This document shows positions 35,703 through 45,595 of a DNA stretch of 64,000 nt, in pieces. Each line of letters begins with the position of its first letter. Positions within the stretch are counted from its first letter, which is position 1. Below the pieces are notes generated by a model that was not told the origin of the DNA, did no database searches, and saw nothing but the letters and a program-made list of their open reading frames with translations. The DNA is taken from the NCBI GenBank assembly GCA_029569255.1, contig JAKQUO010000028.1, positions 163,904-227,903 of the forward strand, written 5' to 3'. The DNA comes from Acidobacteriota bacterium. GTDB lineage: Bacteria; Acidobacteriota; Aminicenantia; Aminicenantales; Saccharicenantaceae. The position numbers and the translations under genes are program-made.

Positions 35703-36602
35703 ATGGGCCGGCCGCGCGTCGTCGTCGTCAAGTCCTCCGCCGTCTGGACCCCGGCCGGGACGCTCGATCCGGCCGTCCTGGCCCGGATGTTCGCCCGCGG
35801 CCTGGCCGACCTGACCGGCGAGCGGGACAGCGCCCAGGCCGCGGCCGCCATTTTCCGGCCGGGCGAGCGCGTCGGCATCAAGGTCAACACCATCGGCGGC
35901 CGGGCCATCAGCACCCGGCCCGAGGTCGCCCGGGCGCTGGCCGCCTGGATCGCCGGCGGCGGAACGGCGGGGCGGGACATCCTCGTCTGGGACCGGACAT
36001 CGCGGGAGCTCCGCGACGCCGGCTACGCGATCAGCACGGGGCGCTCCGACGTGCGCGTCTTCGGCACGGACGCCGGCGGCGCGGGCTACGAGAACTCCCT
36101 CACGGACCACCTCGACGTCGGCAGCCTCTTCTCCCGGATCCTGACGGAGTTCGTCGACGCCTCGGTCTCCCTGGCCATCCTCAAGGACCACGGCCTGGCC
36201 GGCCTGACGGCGGGGATGAAGAACTACTTCGGGGCCATCCACAATCCGAACAAGTACCACGACGACGGCTGCGACCCCTTCGTCGCCCAGGTCTTCGACG
36301 CCCCGCCGGTGAAGTCGCGTCACAGGCTGACCGTGGTCGACGCCCTGACCGTCCAGTTCCACCGGGGCCCGTCCTACCACGCCCGCTGGGCGGCCAAGTT
36401 CGGCGGGCTCATCTTCAGCCGTGACCCGGTGGCCGCCGACCACGCGGGCTGGGCGGTCCTCGAACGGCTCCGGCGTGACGCGGGCCTGCCGACGCTCGAG
36501 GCGGAAGGCCGCGAGCCGTCCTACCTCCGGACGGCCGAGCGCATGGGGCTGGGGACGTCCGCGGCAGAGGTGGTCGAGACGGTCGTGGGGGCCGGGCCGT
36601 GA
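35703..36602 (+). CDS. DUF362-domain protein
   Basis: Pattern RPGERVGIKVNTIGG..LKDHGLAGLTAGMKNYFG consistent with DUF362; probably leaderless start. Confidence 0.65.
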   Translation: MGRPRVVVVKSSAVWTPAGTLDPAVLARMFARGLADLTGERDSAQAAAAIFRPGERVGIKVNTIGGRAISTRPEVARALAAWIAGGGTAGRDILVWDRTSRELRDAGYAISTGRSDVRVFGTDAGGAGYENSLTDHLDVGSLFSRILTEFVDASVSLAILKDHGLAGLTAGMKNYFGAIHNPNKYHDDGCDPFVAQVFDAPPVKSRHRLTVVDALTVQFHRGPSYHARWAAKFGGLIFSRDPVAADHAGWAVLERLRRDAGLPTLEAEGREPSYLRTAERMGLGTSAAEVVETVVGAGP

Positions 36603-37720
36603 ACAGGCGGAGCTTCCTCCGCGGCGCGGCCGGGGCCGGGCTGGCCCTCGGCGCCGGGCTGCCCGCCGTCCGCCTGCGGCCGGCCGCCTCGCCCGCCGGC
36701 CCCTCCCCGTCCCAGGTCGAGGCGCGCTACTACGTGAAGCTCCCCGACCGCGAGATCGAGTGCCGCCTCTGCCCGCGCTCGTGCCGTCTCGGCGACAAGG
36801 AACGGGGCTACTGCGGCGTCCGGGAAAACCAGGGCGGGGCCTACTACACCCTCGTCTACGGGAAAGCGTGCACGCTCAACGTCGACCCCATCGAGAAAAA
36901 ACCGTTCTTCCACGTCCTGCCCGGGACGACGGCCCTGTCCATGGCCACGGCCGGCTGCAACGTCAACTGCAAGTTCTGCCAGAACTGGGAGATCTCCCAG
37001 GTCCGGCCCGAGCAGGTCGATCATTTCGACCTTTCTCCGGAGGCCGCGGCGGCCAAGGCCGTCTCGTCCGGCTGCCCCTCGATCGCCTACACTTACTCCG
37101 AGCCGATCGTCTTCTTCGAGTACATGTACGACACCGCCCGGCAGGCCCGGAGCAGGGGCGTCCGGAGCCTGGTCGTGACCGGCGGCTACGTCAACCCCGG
37201 GCCGCTGGCCGACCTCCTGGGCGTCGTCGACGCCGTCAAGGTCGACCTCAAGGGCTTCAGCGAGGGCTTCTACAAGGCCTACGTCCGCGGCGCCCTCGGA
37301 CCCGTCCTGGAGACGGTCCGGGCCGTGGCCGCCTCGAAGGTCTGGCTGGAGGTCGTCTACCTGGTCATCCCGACCCTCAACGACCGGCCGGAGGACCTCC
37401 GGGCCATGGCCCGCTGGCTTCACGATACGGCCGGCCCCGACGTCCCCGTCCATTTCTCCCGCTTCCATCCGATGTACCTGATGAAGAACCTGCCGCCGAC
37501 GCCGGTCTCGACCCTGGAAGCGGCCCGGGAGACGGCCCTCGCCCAGGGCCTCCGCTTCGTCTACATCGGCAACGTGCCCGGCCACGAGGCCGAGAGCACC
37601 GTCTGCCCGGGCTGCCGGCAGACCGTCATCCGCCGGCTCGGCTACGCCGTCGACACCTCCCGTCTCAAGAAAGGCCAATGCGCGTCGTGCGGGACGGCCA
37701 TCCCCGGGATCTGGGCCTGA
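36599..37720 (+). CDS. Radical SAM enzyme of the AmmeMemoRadiSam (AmrS) type carrying an N-terminal twin-arginine (Tat) signal; GTG start overlapping upstream stop
   Basis: MNRRSFLRGAAGAGLALGAGLPA Tat motif; Cys cluster GCNVNCKFCQNWEIS (CX3CX2C); KKPFFHV. Confidence 0.85.
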   Translation: MNRRSFLRGAAGAGLALGAGLPAVRLRPAASPAGPSPSQVEARYYVKLPDREIECRLCPRSCRLGDKERGYCGVRENQGGAYYTLVYGKACTLNVDPIEKKPFFHVLPGTTALSMATAGCNVNCKFCQNWEISQVRPEQVDHFDLSPEAAAAKAVSSGCPSIAYTYSEPIVFFEYMYDTARQARSRGVRSLVVTGGYVNPGPLADLLGVVDAVKVDLKGFSEGFYKAYVRGALGPVLETVRAVAASKVWLEVVYLVIPTLNDRPEDLRAMARWLHDTAGPDVPVHFSRFHPMYLMKNLPPTPVSTLEAARETALAQGLRFVYIGNVPGHEAESTVCPGCRQTVIRRLGYAVDTSRLKKGQCASCGTAIPGIWA

Positions 37721-39867
37721 GCGCCTGGCTTCCGGCCTTTCTCCTCGGCTTCATGGCCTCCTCGTTCCAGATCTACCTCATCCGGGAGTTCGCGGCCGCG
37801 TTCACCGGCAACGAGCTCACCTTCGGCTTCGTCCTCGGCTCCTGGCTGCTTTGGGGCGGGATCGGCAGCCTGGTCCGGCCGCGGCCCCGGCCGGACGGCG
37901 GCCCGGCGCGCCTGGCCGGGCTCTACGGCGCCGCGGTCATCCTCTTCTGCGGCGGGCTCGTTCTCCTGAGGTTCTCCGACAAGGTCCTGCGCGTCTCGCC
38001 GGCCGAAACGACCGGCCTTCTTCCCGCTCTCGGCTTCGCTCTCGTCCTGGCTCTCTTCACGAGCTTCCCGCTCGGACACGCCTTCGTCCTCAACGCCGGG
38101 CTGCTCGGCGGGGATGTTCCGCGGGTCTACCTGATGGAATCGGCCGGGGCGGCGGCGGCCGCCCTGGCCGTCCACTTCCTCCTCATCCCCCGTCTCTCCA
38201 ATTGGCCGGGGGCGGCTGCCGTCGGCGGGGGCGCCGCCCTCGCCGCTCTTGTCTTCCTGAGGCCCGGCCGGGCCAGGCCCCTCCTCGTCGCCGCCCTCGC
38301 CGCCGCGGCCGGGCTGGCAGCGGCCGACCGGCCGGCGCTCCGGGCGGCCTGGAAGCCGCTCGATCTCGTCGACGCCGCCGACACGCCGTACGGAAAGCTC
38401 GCGGTCGTCCGGAACGCGGAGCAGGCGACGCTCTACGACAACGGCCTGCCCGTCTTCACCCGCCCCGCTGTCGGCGCGGCCGAGGACGCGGTCCATTTCG
38501 CCATGCTCCAGCGGGACGCGATCGGACGGGTGCTGCTCATCGGTGGGACGGCGAGCGGCTGCGTCGAAGAGGTCCTGAAATACCCCGGCGTCCGCGTGGA
38601 CTGCGTCGAGCTCGATCCGGAGGTCGTGGTCCTGGCCCGCAAGCACCTCCCCGCGGGCGCGCTGGCGGCCCTGGACGACCCGCGCGTCCGCGTCGTCCTC
38701 AACGACGGCCGGACTTTTCTGGAACGGACCCCGGGGCGATACGACGCCGTTCTCCTCAGCCTGCCCGGCCCGGCCACGATCCAGGTCAACCGCTATTACA
38801 CGAGGGAGTTCTTCGCCGCGGTCCGGAGGAAGCTCGAGCCCGGAGGGGTCTTCTCCTTCGTCCTGCCCGGGGCCGAGAACTACGTCAGCGGCACGCTCGC
38901 CCGGCTCCTGGCCTCCGTCGTCCGGACCCTTGCCGGTGTCTTCGATCTCCGATACGAGGTCATCCCCGGTTCGACGATAGTCGTCCTGGCCTCCGACGGC
39001 CCGCTCGACATCGATCCCGGGTTCCTGTCGGCGAGGATCGAACGGCTCGGCCTGGCCACGGCCTTTGTCAGCCCGGCCATGCTGCCCTTCCGCTTGGCAC
39101 CCGAACGCGTCTCGCGGCTGGCCGGGGCCTTGTCGGCGGCCGGGGCGGAGGTGAAGATCAACCGGGACCTCGTCCCGGTCAGCTGCTTTCTCCAGTCGAT
39201 CCTTTGGGCCAGCCAGTTCGGCGGCCCCGGCTCGCGCCTCCTCCGCGCGGCGTCAAGAACGAGCGCCTTGTGGCTCCTCGACCTGCCCCTGGCCGGGGCG
39301 GCCCTGGCGCTCGTCCTCCTGGCCCGGTCCCTCAAGCGCTCCTCCTCCCGCTTCCTCGTCCCCGTCGCCGCCATGGGCTTCACGACCATAGTCGTCGAGG
39401 TGGCCGTGCTCATCGCCTTCCAGGCCAACTTCGGCTACGTCTACGGCAAGGTCCCGCTGCTCCTGGGCGCCTTCATGGCCGGACTCGTCTTCGGCGCGGC
39501 CCTGGGCCGCCGCCGCAAGCGCCCGGGCCGGGCCGACCTGCCGTTCGTCCAGGCGGGTTTCGTTCTCCTTCTCCTGGCCGCCTACGGCGCCCTGCCCGGC
39601 GCCGGCGGGGAGGCCGCGCCCTTCCTGCTGCTTGCCGGATTCGGGCTCCTCGGCGGCTTCCTCTTCATCGCCGCCAACAGGTTCTTCCTCCGGGAAACGC
39701 CGCACCTCGGGCTCGGCTACGGCGTCGACCTCATCGCCTCCTTCGCCGGAGCGGCGCTGACCTCCGCCCTGCTCATCCCTCTCTTCGGCGTCCCCGCCCT
39801 CGTCCTCCGCCTCGTCGTCCTCAACGCCCTCGTCCTCCTCTTCGTCCTGGTCACGCCCCCCCGCTGA
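37678..39867 (+). CDS. Fused MFS-like membrane domain / spermidine-synthase-like protein (catalytic motifs degenerate); alternative start at 37753
   Basis: About 7 TM segments, then a Rossmann spermidine-synthase fold (VLLIGGTASGCVEEV..VRVVLNDGRTFLE..YDAVLLSLPGP), then further TM segments. Confidence 0.75.
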   Translation: MRVVRDGHPRDLGLSAWLPAFLLGFMASSFQIYLIREFAAAFTGNELTFGFVLGSWLLWGGIGSLVRPRPRPDGGPARLAGLYGAAVILFCGGLVLLRFSDKVLRVSPAETTGLLPALGFALVLALFTSFPLGHAFVLNAGLLGGDVPRVYLMESAGAAAAALAVHFLLIPRLSNWPGAAAVGGGAALAALVFLRPGRARPLLVAALAAAAGLAAADRPALRAAWKPLDLVDAADTPYGKLAVVRNAEQATLYDNGLPVFTRPAVGAAEDAVHFAMLQRDAIGRVLLIGGTASGCVEEVLKYPGVRVDCVELDPEVVVLARKHLPAGALAALDDPRVRVVLNDGRTFLERTPGRYDAVLLSLPGPATIQVNRYYTREFFAAVRRKLEPGGVFSFVLPGAENYVSGTLARLLASVVRTLAGVFDLRYEVIPGSTIVVLASDGPLDIDPGFLSARIERLGLATAFVSPAMLPFRLAPERVSRLAGALSAAGAEVKINRDLVPVSCFLQSILWASQFGGPGSRLLRAASRTSALWLLDLPLAGAALALVLLARSLKRSSSRFLVPVAAMGFTTIVVEVAVLIAFQANFGYVYGKVPLLLGAFMAGLVFGAALGRRRKRPGRADLPFVQAGFVLLLLAAYGALPGAGGEAAPFLLLAGFGLLGGFLFIAANRFFLRETPHLGLGYGVDLIASFAGAALTSALLIPLFGVPALVLRLVVLNALVLLFVLVTPPR

Positions 39868-39940
39868 CCGGACGATCGACGGGGATCCCCTCCGAGGCCT
39901 CGGAAACACCGCCGAGGGGCCTCCCCGGAACGAGCATCGA

Positions 39941-40014
39941 GCGGTGAAATGGCCGTCATCGGAACGGAGACCCAAGAACGGGCTCCGGACCGGGGCGGCG
40001 TGAGGTTTCACCGC
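39941..40014. other. Structured element: perfect 9-bp long-range inverted repeat gcggtgaaa ... tttcaccgc enclosing two imperfect inner hairpins; preceded by palindromes ggggatcccc and tccgaggcctcgga
   Basis: Seen in sequence, in an intergenic region between the SpeE-like gene and tonB. Confidence 0.3.
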
Positions 40015-40048
40015 GGCCGTAGGTCGGCAAGACGGGAGGGCGCTGACC

Positions 40049-40097
40049 GGCGCAACCCTTCGGGGGCGCCGGAGATTGTACTATAATACGCCAAATG
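40049..40097 (+). promoter_or_regulatory. C(UUCG)G-tetraloop hairpin ggcgc-aa-ccc-ttcg-ggg-gcgcc followed by -10 TATAAT (40082-40087) exactly 7 nt before ATG 40095 of the TonB-like gene (leaderless configuration)
   Basis: Seen in sequence; -35 is weak (TTCGGG). Confidence 0.45.
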
Positions 40098-41039
40098 GAC
40101 CGTCCCCGGCTGTTCGAGAGTTCCTTCGCCGACGCGGAACGGCTCGGCAGGACCCGCCGCGACCGGCTGACCGGCGCCCTGGTCACGCTCGCCGTCCACG
40201 GCCTGCTGGGTCTGCTCGTCTACCACGGCCGCTTCGTCGTCAAGGTCCTGCCCATCGACAGGAAGGCCGAGGTCCGAGACGTCGTCCTCGTCCCGCCCCT
40301 CAAGGTTTCCGTCCCCAAGGTCATCGGAGGCCGCGGCCTGGCCGCCGAGCCGGCCGAGGCCCTCGGAAGGCCCGGTCCGGCCGGTGCCGCCCAGCCGCGA
40401 ACGGCCCCCGAAAAGGCCGAGCCCCCTCCCGGGGAAGCGGCCGGCCCGCCGGGCGCCCCGGCCGGCGGCCCCGGAGGGCCGCCCGGGCCCGCCTCCGCCA
40501 TCCCGTCCCTGTCTTCGAAGTTCCGGGAGTCGCTCACCGTTCGGGGCCGGTCCGCGCTGACCATTCCCCTCGCCCCTCCGGGCACGCCCCCCGGGCCCCC
40601 CGGGATCTCCTCGGGAACGCCGCTGCCCGACCTCTCGAAGTTCGGCCGCGGCGCCGCCGGCGGCGGCGGATACGGGACGGGCCGCGGCCCCGTCGGGGCC
40701 GGAGGCGGAGGGGGCGGCGGCCAGCGCATCGGCGTCTCCATCCCGCTCAAGAATTACGATATCCTCCCCTGGGCCACCGCGGTCGTCGACCGCCTCCAGC
40801 TCCACTGGGTCCTTCCGCCGGTCGCGGCCCTGCCCGCCCAGGCCAAGATCGGCTTCACCGTCGTCATCAAGAAGACGGGCGAGCTCGATTCGATCGAGAT
40901 CCTCGAAGGGACCACGGTCGAGGCCCTCGACCGGGCCGCCCTCGAGGCCCTCCGCGCCGCCCTCCCCTTCCCCGCCCTACCGGCCGATTTCCCCGGCGAT
41001 CTCCTCGAGATGACCTTGGAGTTCGTCTACAATGACTAG
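40095..41039 (+). CDS. TonB-family energy transducer (TonB C-terminal domain protein)
   Basis: N-terminal anchor, Pro/Gly-rich spacer, C-terminal TonB fold (GFTVVIKKTGELDSIEILEGT). Confidence 0.8.
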   Translation: MDRPRLFESSFADAERLGRTRRDRLTGALVTLAVHGLLGLLVYHGRFVVKVLPIDRKAEVRDVVLVPPLKVSVPKVIGGRGLAAEPAEALGRPGPAGAAQPRTAPEKAEPPPGEAAGPPGAPAGGPGGPPGPASAIPSLSSKFRESLTVRGRSALTIPLAPPGTPPGPPGISSGTPLPDLSKFGRGAAGGGGYGTGRGPVGAGGGGGGGQRIGVSIPLKNYDILPWATAVVDRLQLHWVLPPVAALPAQAKIGFTVVIKKTGELDSIEILEGTTVEALDRAALEALRAALPFPALPADFPGDLLEMTLEFVYND

Positions 41040-42114
41040 GCCCCGGACGGTCGCCGCGCTCCTCGTCCTGTGCCTGGCCGTTCCGGCCGCGGCCCGTTCC
41101 GACTGGCGGACGGAGCTCAACGCCAGGCTGGGCCGCGCGCCCGACTACCGGGCCGCCTGGGATTTCCTCTCCGAGGAGGCGAAGAGGCTCGAGGGGGACG
41201 ACCGTCAGGCGGCCGGGGCGATCCTGCCCTTCCTGGCCGCCAAGCTCGGCGAGAAGGAAACGGAGCGGAGCCTCGTGGCCGATTACTTCGAGACCTACAA
41301 GGATTACGACCCCGACTTCGGGTTCCTCGACGATTACGCCGTCCGGGATTTCTTCCGTTTCTGGGCCGCCTGGAAGCGCTCCTATCCCCTCGTCTACGAC
41401 CTCTGTCTCTTGGCCTACGACCGGAGCGCGGCGACGGGACTGCCCGGCTCGGTGGACATCGGCCTCGAGCTCCTGAACGAGGCCTTCTTCCGCGTCTCGG
41501 TCGGGCCCTACATCCTCGAGGGCGGGCACTGGCCGGCCGGCTTCCACATCCTGACCATCCCCCTGCGCGGCCTCTTCGAGCGCTCGGATTCCTACGAGTT
41601 CGTCCTCGACCTCAAATCGGCCGACCTCATCATCCGCAAGCCGATCCGCCTGAAGATCGACATCGCCGACGTCTCCGGTCCCGTCGTCGCGCCGCCCCCC
41701 GGGCCGACCGGGGCCCGGGACATGGGCGTTCCGACCAGGCCCATCCGGGAGGCCGAGCTGTCCCTTTACATCGACGGCAAGCTCGTCCTGAAGAGCCGCA
41801 AGATCGCCGCCCGGCCCTCGCCCTTCACCTTCCCGCTCGGCGGCCCGCTCATGGCGGGCCAGAAGCCGTATATGCCGCCGCCGAAGGACAGCCCCGCGGC
41901 CCACGGGGTCAGCGTCCTGGACGCCCTGGCCCTGGCCTACCAGGCGCTCAAGGACCTGGTCAGGAAGAAGCCGCTTCCGCCCTCCCCCCCGTCCTACCAG
42001 AAAGTCTCCAGCCTGTCCTACGCCTATCCCCGGACGGCGGCCGAAGGCGAGACCGTTTCGGCCCGGGCCTCGCTGTCCCTGTCCCCGGGGCGCGGGACCA
42101 TCCTGAGGGAATGA
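41032..42114 (+). CDS. Secreted hypothetical protein (signal peptide)
   Basis: MTRPRTVAALLVLCLAVPAAA; ATGA-type overlap with the TonB gene. Confidence 0.6.
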   Translation: MTRPRTVAALLVLCLAVPAAARSDWRTELNARLGRAPDYRAAWDFLSEEAKRLEGDDRQAAGAILPFLAAKLGEKETERSLVADYFETYKDYDPDFGFLDDYAVRDFFRFWAAWKRSYPLVYDLCLLAYDRSAATGLPGSVDIGLELLNEAFFRVSVGPYILEGGHWPAGFHILTIPLRGLFERSDSYEFVLDLKSADLIIRKPIRLKIDIADVSGPVVAPPPGPTGARDMGVPTRPIREAELSLYIDGKLVLKSRKIAARPSPFTFPLGGPLMAGQKPYMPPPKDSPAAHGVSVLDALALAYQALKDLVRKKPLPPSPPSYQKVSSLSYAYPRTAAEGETVSARASLSLSPGRGTILRE

Positions 42115-42116
42115 GG

Positions 42117-42145
42117 TTGACTTCGGCCACGGCCTTTGATATACC
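42117..42145 (+). promoter_or_regulatory. Promoter of the fourth PilZ gene: TTGACT-N17-TATACC
   Basis: -35 overlaps the upstream gene's stop codon; 80-nt leader with SD GGAGG. Confidence 0.45.
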
Positions 42146-42224
42146 TGGGCCCGGGAGGGAGTCCGAGAGCCGGAGCGCCCGGGCGCGAGGGCGCTTGGAG
42201 GGCCGGACGAGAACGGAGGTCCGC

Positions 42225-42644
42225 ATGGGTGAAAAGGGGATGGAACGGCGGCTCTGCCAGCGCTTCAAGATCGCCGGGGCGACGGTGTCCTATCGCCGGG
42301 CGAGGCTCTTCGCCTCCAAGTCCAAGATCGACGAGGAGTTCTGCCCCGTCCTCGACCTCAGCCGCGGCGGCGTCCGCTTCCTGACCCAGAAACCCCTGAA
42401 ATTCAAGTCCCGGATCGTCCTCCAGCTGTCCATCCCCGGTGAGCTGGCCCCGCTTGACATCAAGGGCCGGGTCCGCTGGTCCACCTACAACGCCGGCCAG
42501 AGTTACAAGTTCCAGGCGGGCGTCCAGTTCAACCCCTACGGGCTCGAGCGGGACCAGAACGCCCCCCAGACGCTGACCAAGATCGTGGGACTCGAGCAGC
42601 GCTTCATCGGGTCCGACGCGCCGGCCGAACCCTCAGCCGCCTGA
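42225..42644 (+). CDS. PilZ-domain protein (canonical motifs)
   Basis: RRLCQR (RxxxR) and DLSRGGVRF (DxSxGG). Confidence 0.8.
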   Translation: MGEKGMERRLCQRFKIAGATVSYRRARLFASKSKIDEEFCPVLDLSRGGVRFLTQKPLKFKSRIVLQLSIPGELAPLDIKGRVRWSTYNAGQSYKFQAGVQFNPYGLERDQNAPQTLTKIVGLEQRFIGSDAPAEPSAA

Positions 42645-42653
42645 TCCAAGCCG

Positions 42654-44746
42654 CTAGCGGGCGGCCCTGGGCTTGGCCCCCTTCTCCCCTTCGATGACGA
42701 CCAGCGAATAGTCGGCGATCTCGAGGAGCATCCGGCTGATCGACTGGAGCAGGCCGAGGCGGTTCTGCCGGACCTTCTTCTGCTCGGCCATGACCAGGAC
42801 CTTGTCGAAGAAGGCGTTCAGGACCGGCTGGAGCTTGAAGATGATGCCCTGGGCCCGGGCGAAGTCCCCCCTGGCGAGCATGGGTTGGGCGTTGCCGCTG
42901 ACGATCGAGAGCGTCGAGGCCAGCTCCCGCTCCTCCTTCTCGGCGAAGAGGTCCGGGTTGACCTTGGCCGCGGGCGTCCCCTTGATGATGTTGTTGATCC
43001 GCTTGGCCATGAGGATGAACGGCTCGAACTGGGAGCTCGACTTCAGGGCGTCCAAGGCCTCGACCCGGGCCAGGGCGTCGGGGATCCGATCGACGCCCGG
43101 GGCCAGGGCGGCCGCGACGAGGTCGTATCGGAACCCCCGCTTCTCCAGGATGAAGCGCAGGCGGCCCGAGAAGAAGTCGAGGCAGGCGGCTTTGGCCGCC
43201 GCGCGGTCGAGGGTCAGACGGTCGCCGTAGGCGGCCAGGACGCGGTCGAGGACGAGGGGCAACGAGAAGCGGAGCTTCCGCTCCAGGGCGATCTTGCAGA
43301 CGCCGAGGGCGTTGCGGCGCAGCCCGAAGGGATCGCTCGAGCCGCTGACCGGGAGCCCGATCCCGAGCGCGCCGACGACGGAATCCAGCTTGTCGGCGAC
43401 AGCCAGGACGGCCCCGGAGAGCGAGGCCGGCGGGTCGTCCTCCAGGCCCGCCGGCTGATAGTGCTCGTAGATGGCCTGGTGGACCGCGGCCGGGGCGCCT
43501 TCGAGCCTGGCGTAGAGGCCGCCCATGCGGCCCTGAAGACCGGGGAACTCCTTGACCATCTCCGTGAGCAGATCGGCCTTGCAAAGGGCGGCCGCCTCGA
43601 CCGTCGGCGCCTTGACGTCGGCCGCGCCGATCTTGTCGCAGAGATAGGCGGCGATCTTCCTCAGCCGCTGGGCCTTGTCCTCGTAGCTGCCGAGCTTCTC
43701 CTGGAAGAGGACGTCTTTCAGGCCGGCCGCCCGCTCGGCCAGGGGACTCTCGCGGTCCTTCGCCCAGAAGAACCGGGCGTCCTCGAGGCGGGCCCGCAGG
43801 ACCCGCTCATTGCCCCGGCGGATGAGGCCCTTGGCGTCCGCCGCGGCGTCGGCGACGCCGATGAAGAGGGCCAGCTGCTCTCCGTCGCGGACGACGGAGA
43901 AGAGCTTCTGCCCCTCGCGCATGGCCGTGGCCAGGACCTCCAGGGGCAGGTCGAGATAGGCCTCCGGAAACGACCCCAGGACGACGAGCGGGTGCTCGAC
44001 GTTGAGGGCCAGGTCCTCGAGGAGCCCGGGGTCCGGATAGACCCGGGCCGCGAGGGGCGCCAGCGCGGCCTCGGCCCCCGCGACGATCCTCTTCTTCCGC
44101 TCCTCCGGGTCGACGACGACGAAGCTCCGCGCGAGTCCGTCCCTGTATTCCTCGAAGGTCCGGGCCCGGACCGGGCCCGGGGCGGCGATCCTGTGCCCGA
44201 CCGTCGCCCCGGCGGCCGCGAAGCCCTCGAAGGCCGTGTCGACGACCCGGCCGCCGAAGACGCAGAGCAGGCCGTGGATGGGCCTCGAGAAGCGGAACGG
44301 GCTCTCGCCCCAGCGCATCATCTTCGGAAAGCTCAGGGCGCCCAGGACACGGGGGACGACGGTCCCGAGGATCTCGGCCGTCGGCGTGCCCTTGGCCAGG
44401 CGCCTGAACCCGAGATATTCCCCTTTCGGCGTCGAAACGGCTTCGAGCCGGCTCTCGTCGACGCCATGGGACCGGGCGAAGCCTTGGCCGGCCCGGGTCA
44501 AGGCGCCGTCGGGGCCCTTGGCGACGGCCAGGGGCGGCCCCGTGACGGTCTCTTCCCGGTCCTCCTGTCCTTCGGCGAGGTCGGCGGCGACGATGAGGCG
44601 GCGCGGCGTGGCCAAGGCCCGCAAGGACCGGACCTCGACGCGGGCCTCGTCGAGCTCGCGGCGGAAGCCGCTCTCGAGCTGCTCGCGGGCCGAGCGGATG
44701 TGGGAGGCCGGCATCTCCTCGGTCAGGAGCTCGAGCAGGAGTTCCA

Positions 44747-44747
<1 letters not shown>
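42654..44747 (-). CDS. glyS: Glycyl-tRNA synthetase beta subunit
   Basis: The 1388-aa ORF in the track is a frame read-through; the real start is MELLLELLTEEMP at 44747, ATGA overlap with the glyQ stop. Confidence 0.95.
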
Positions 44748-45595
<848 letters not shown>

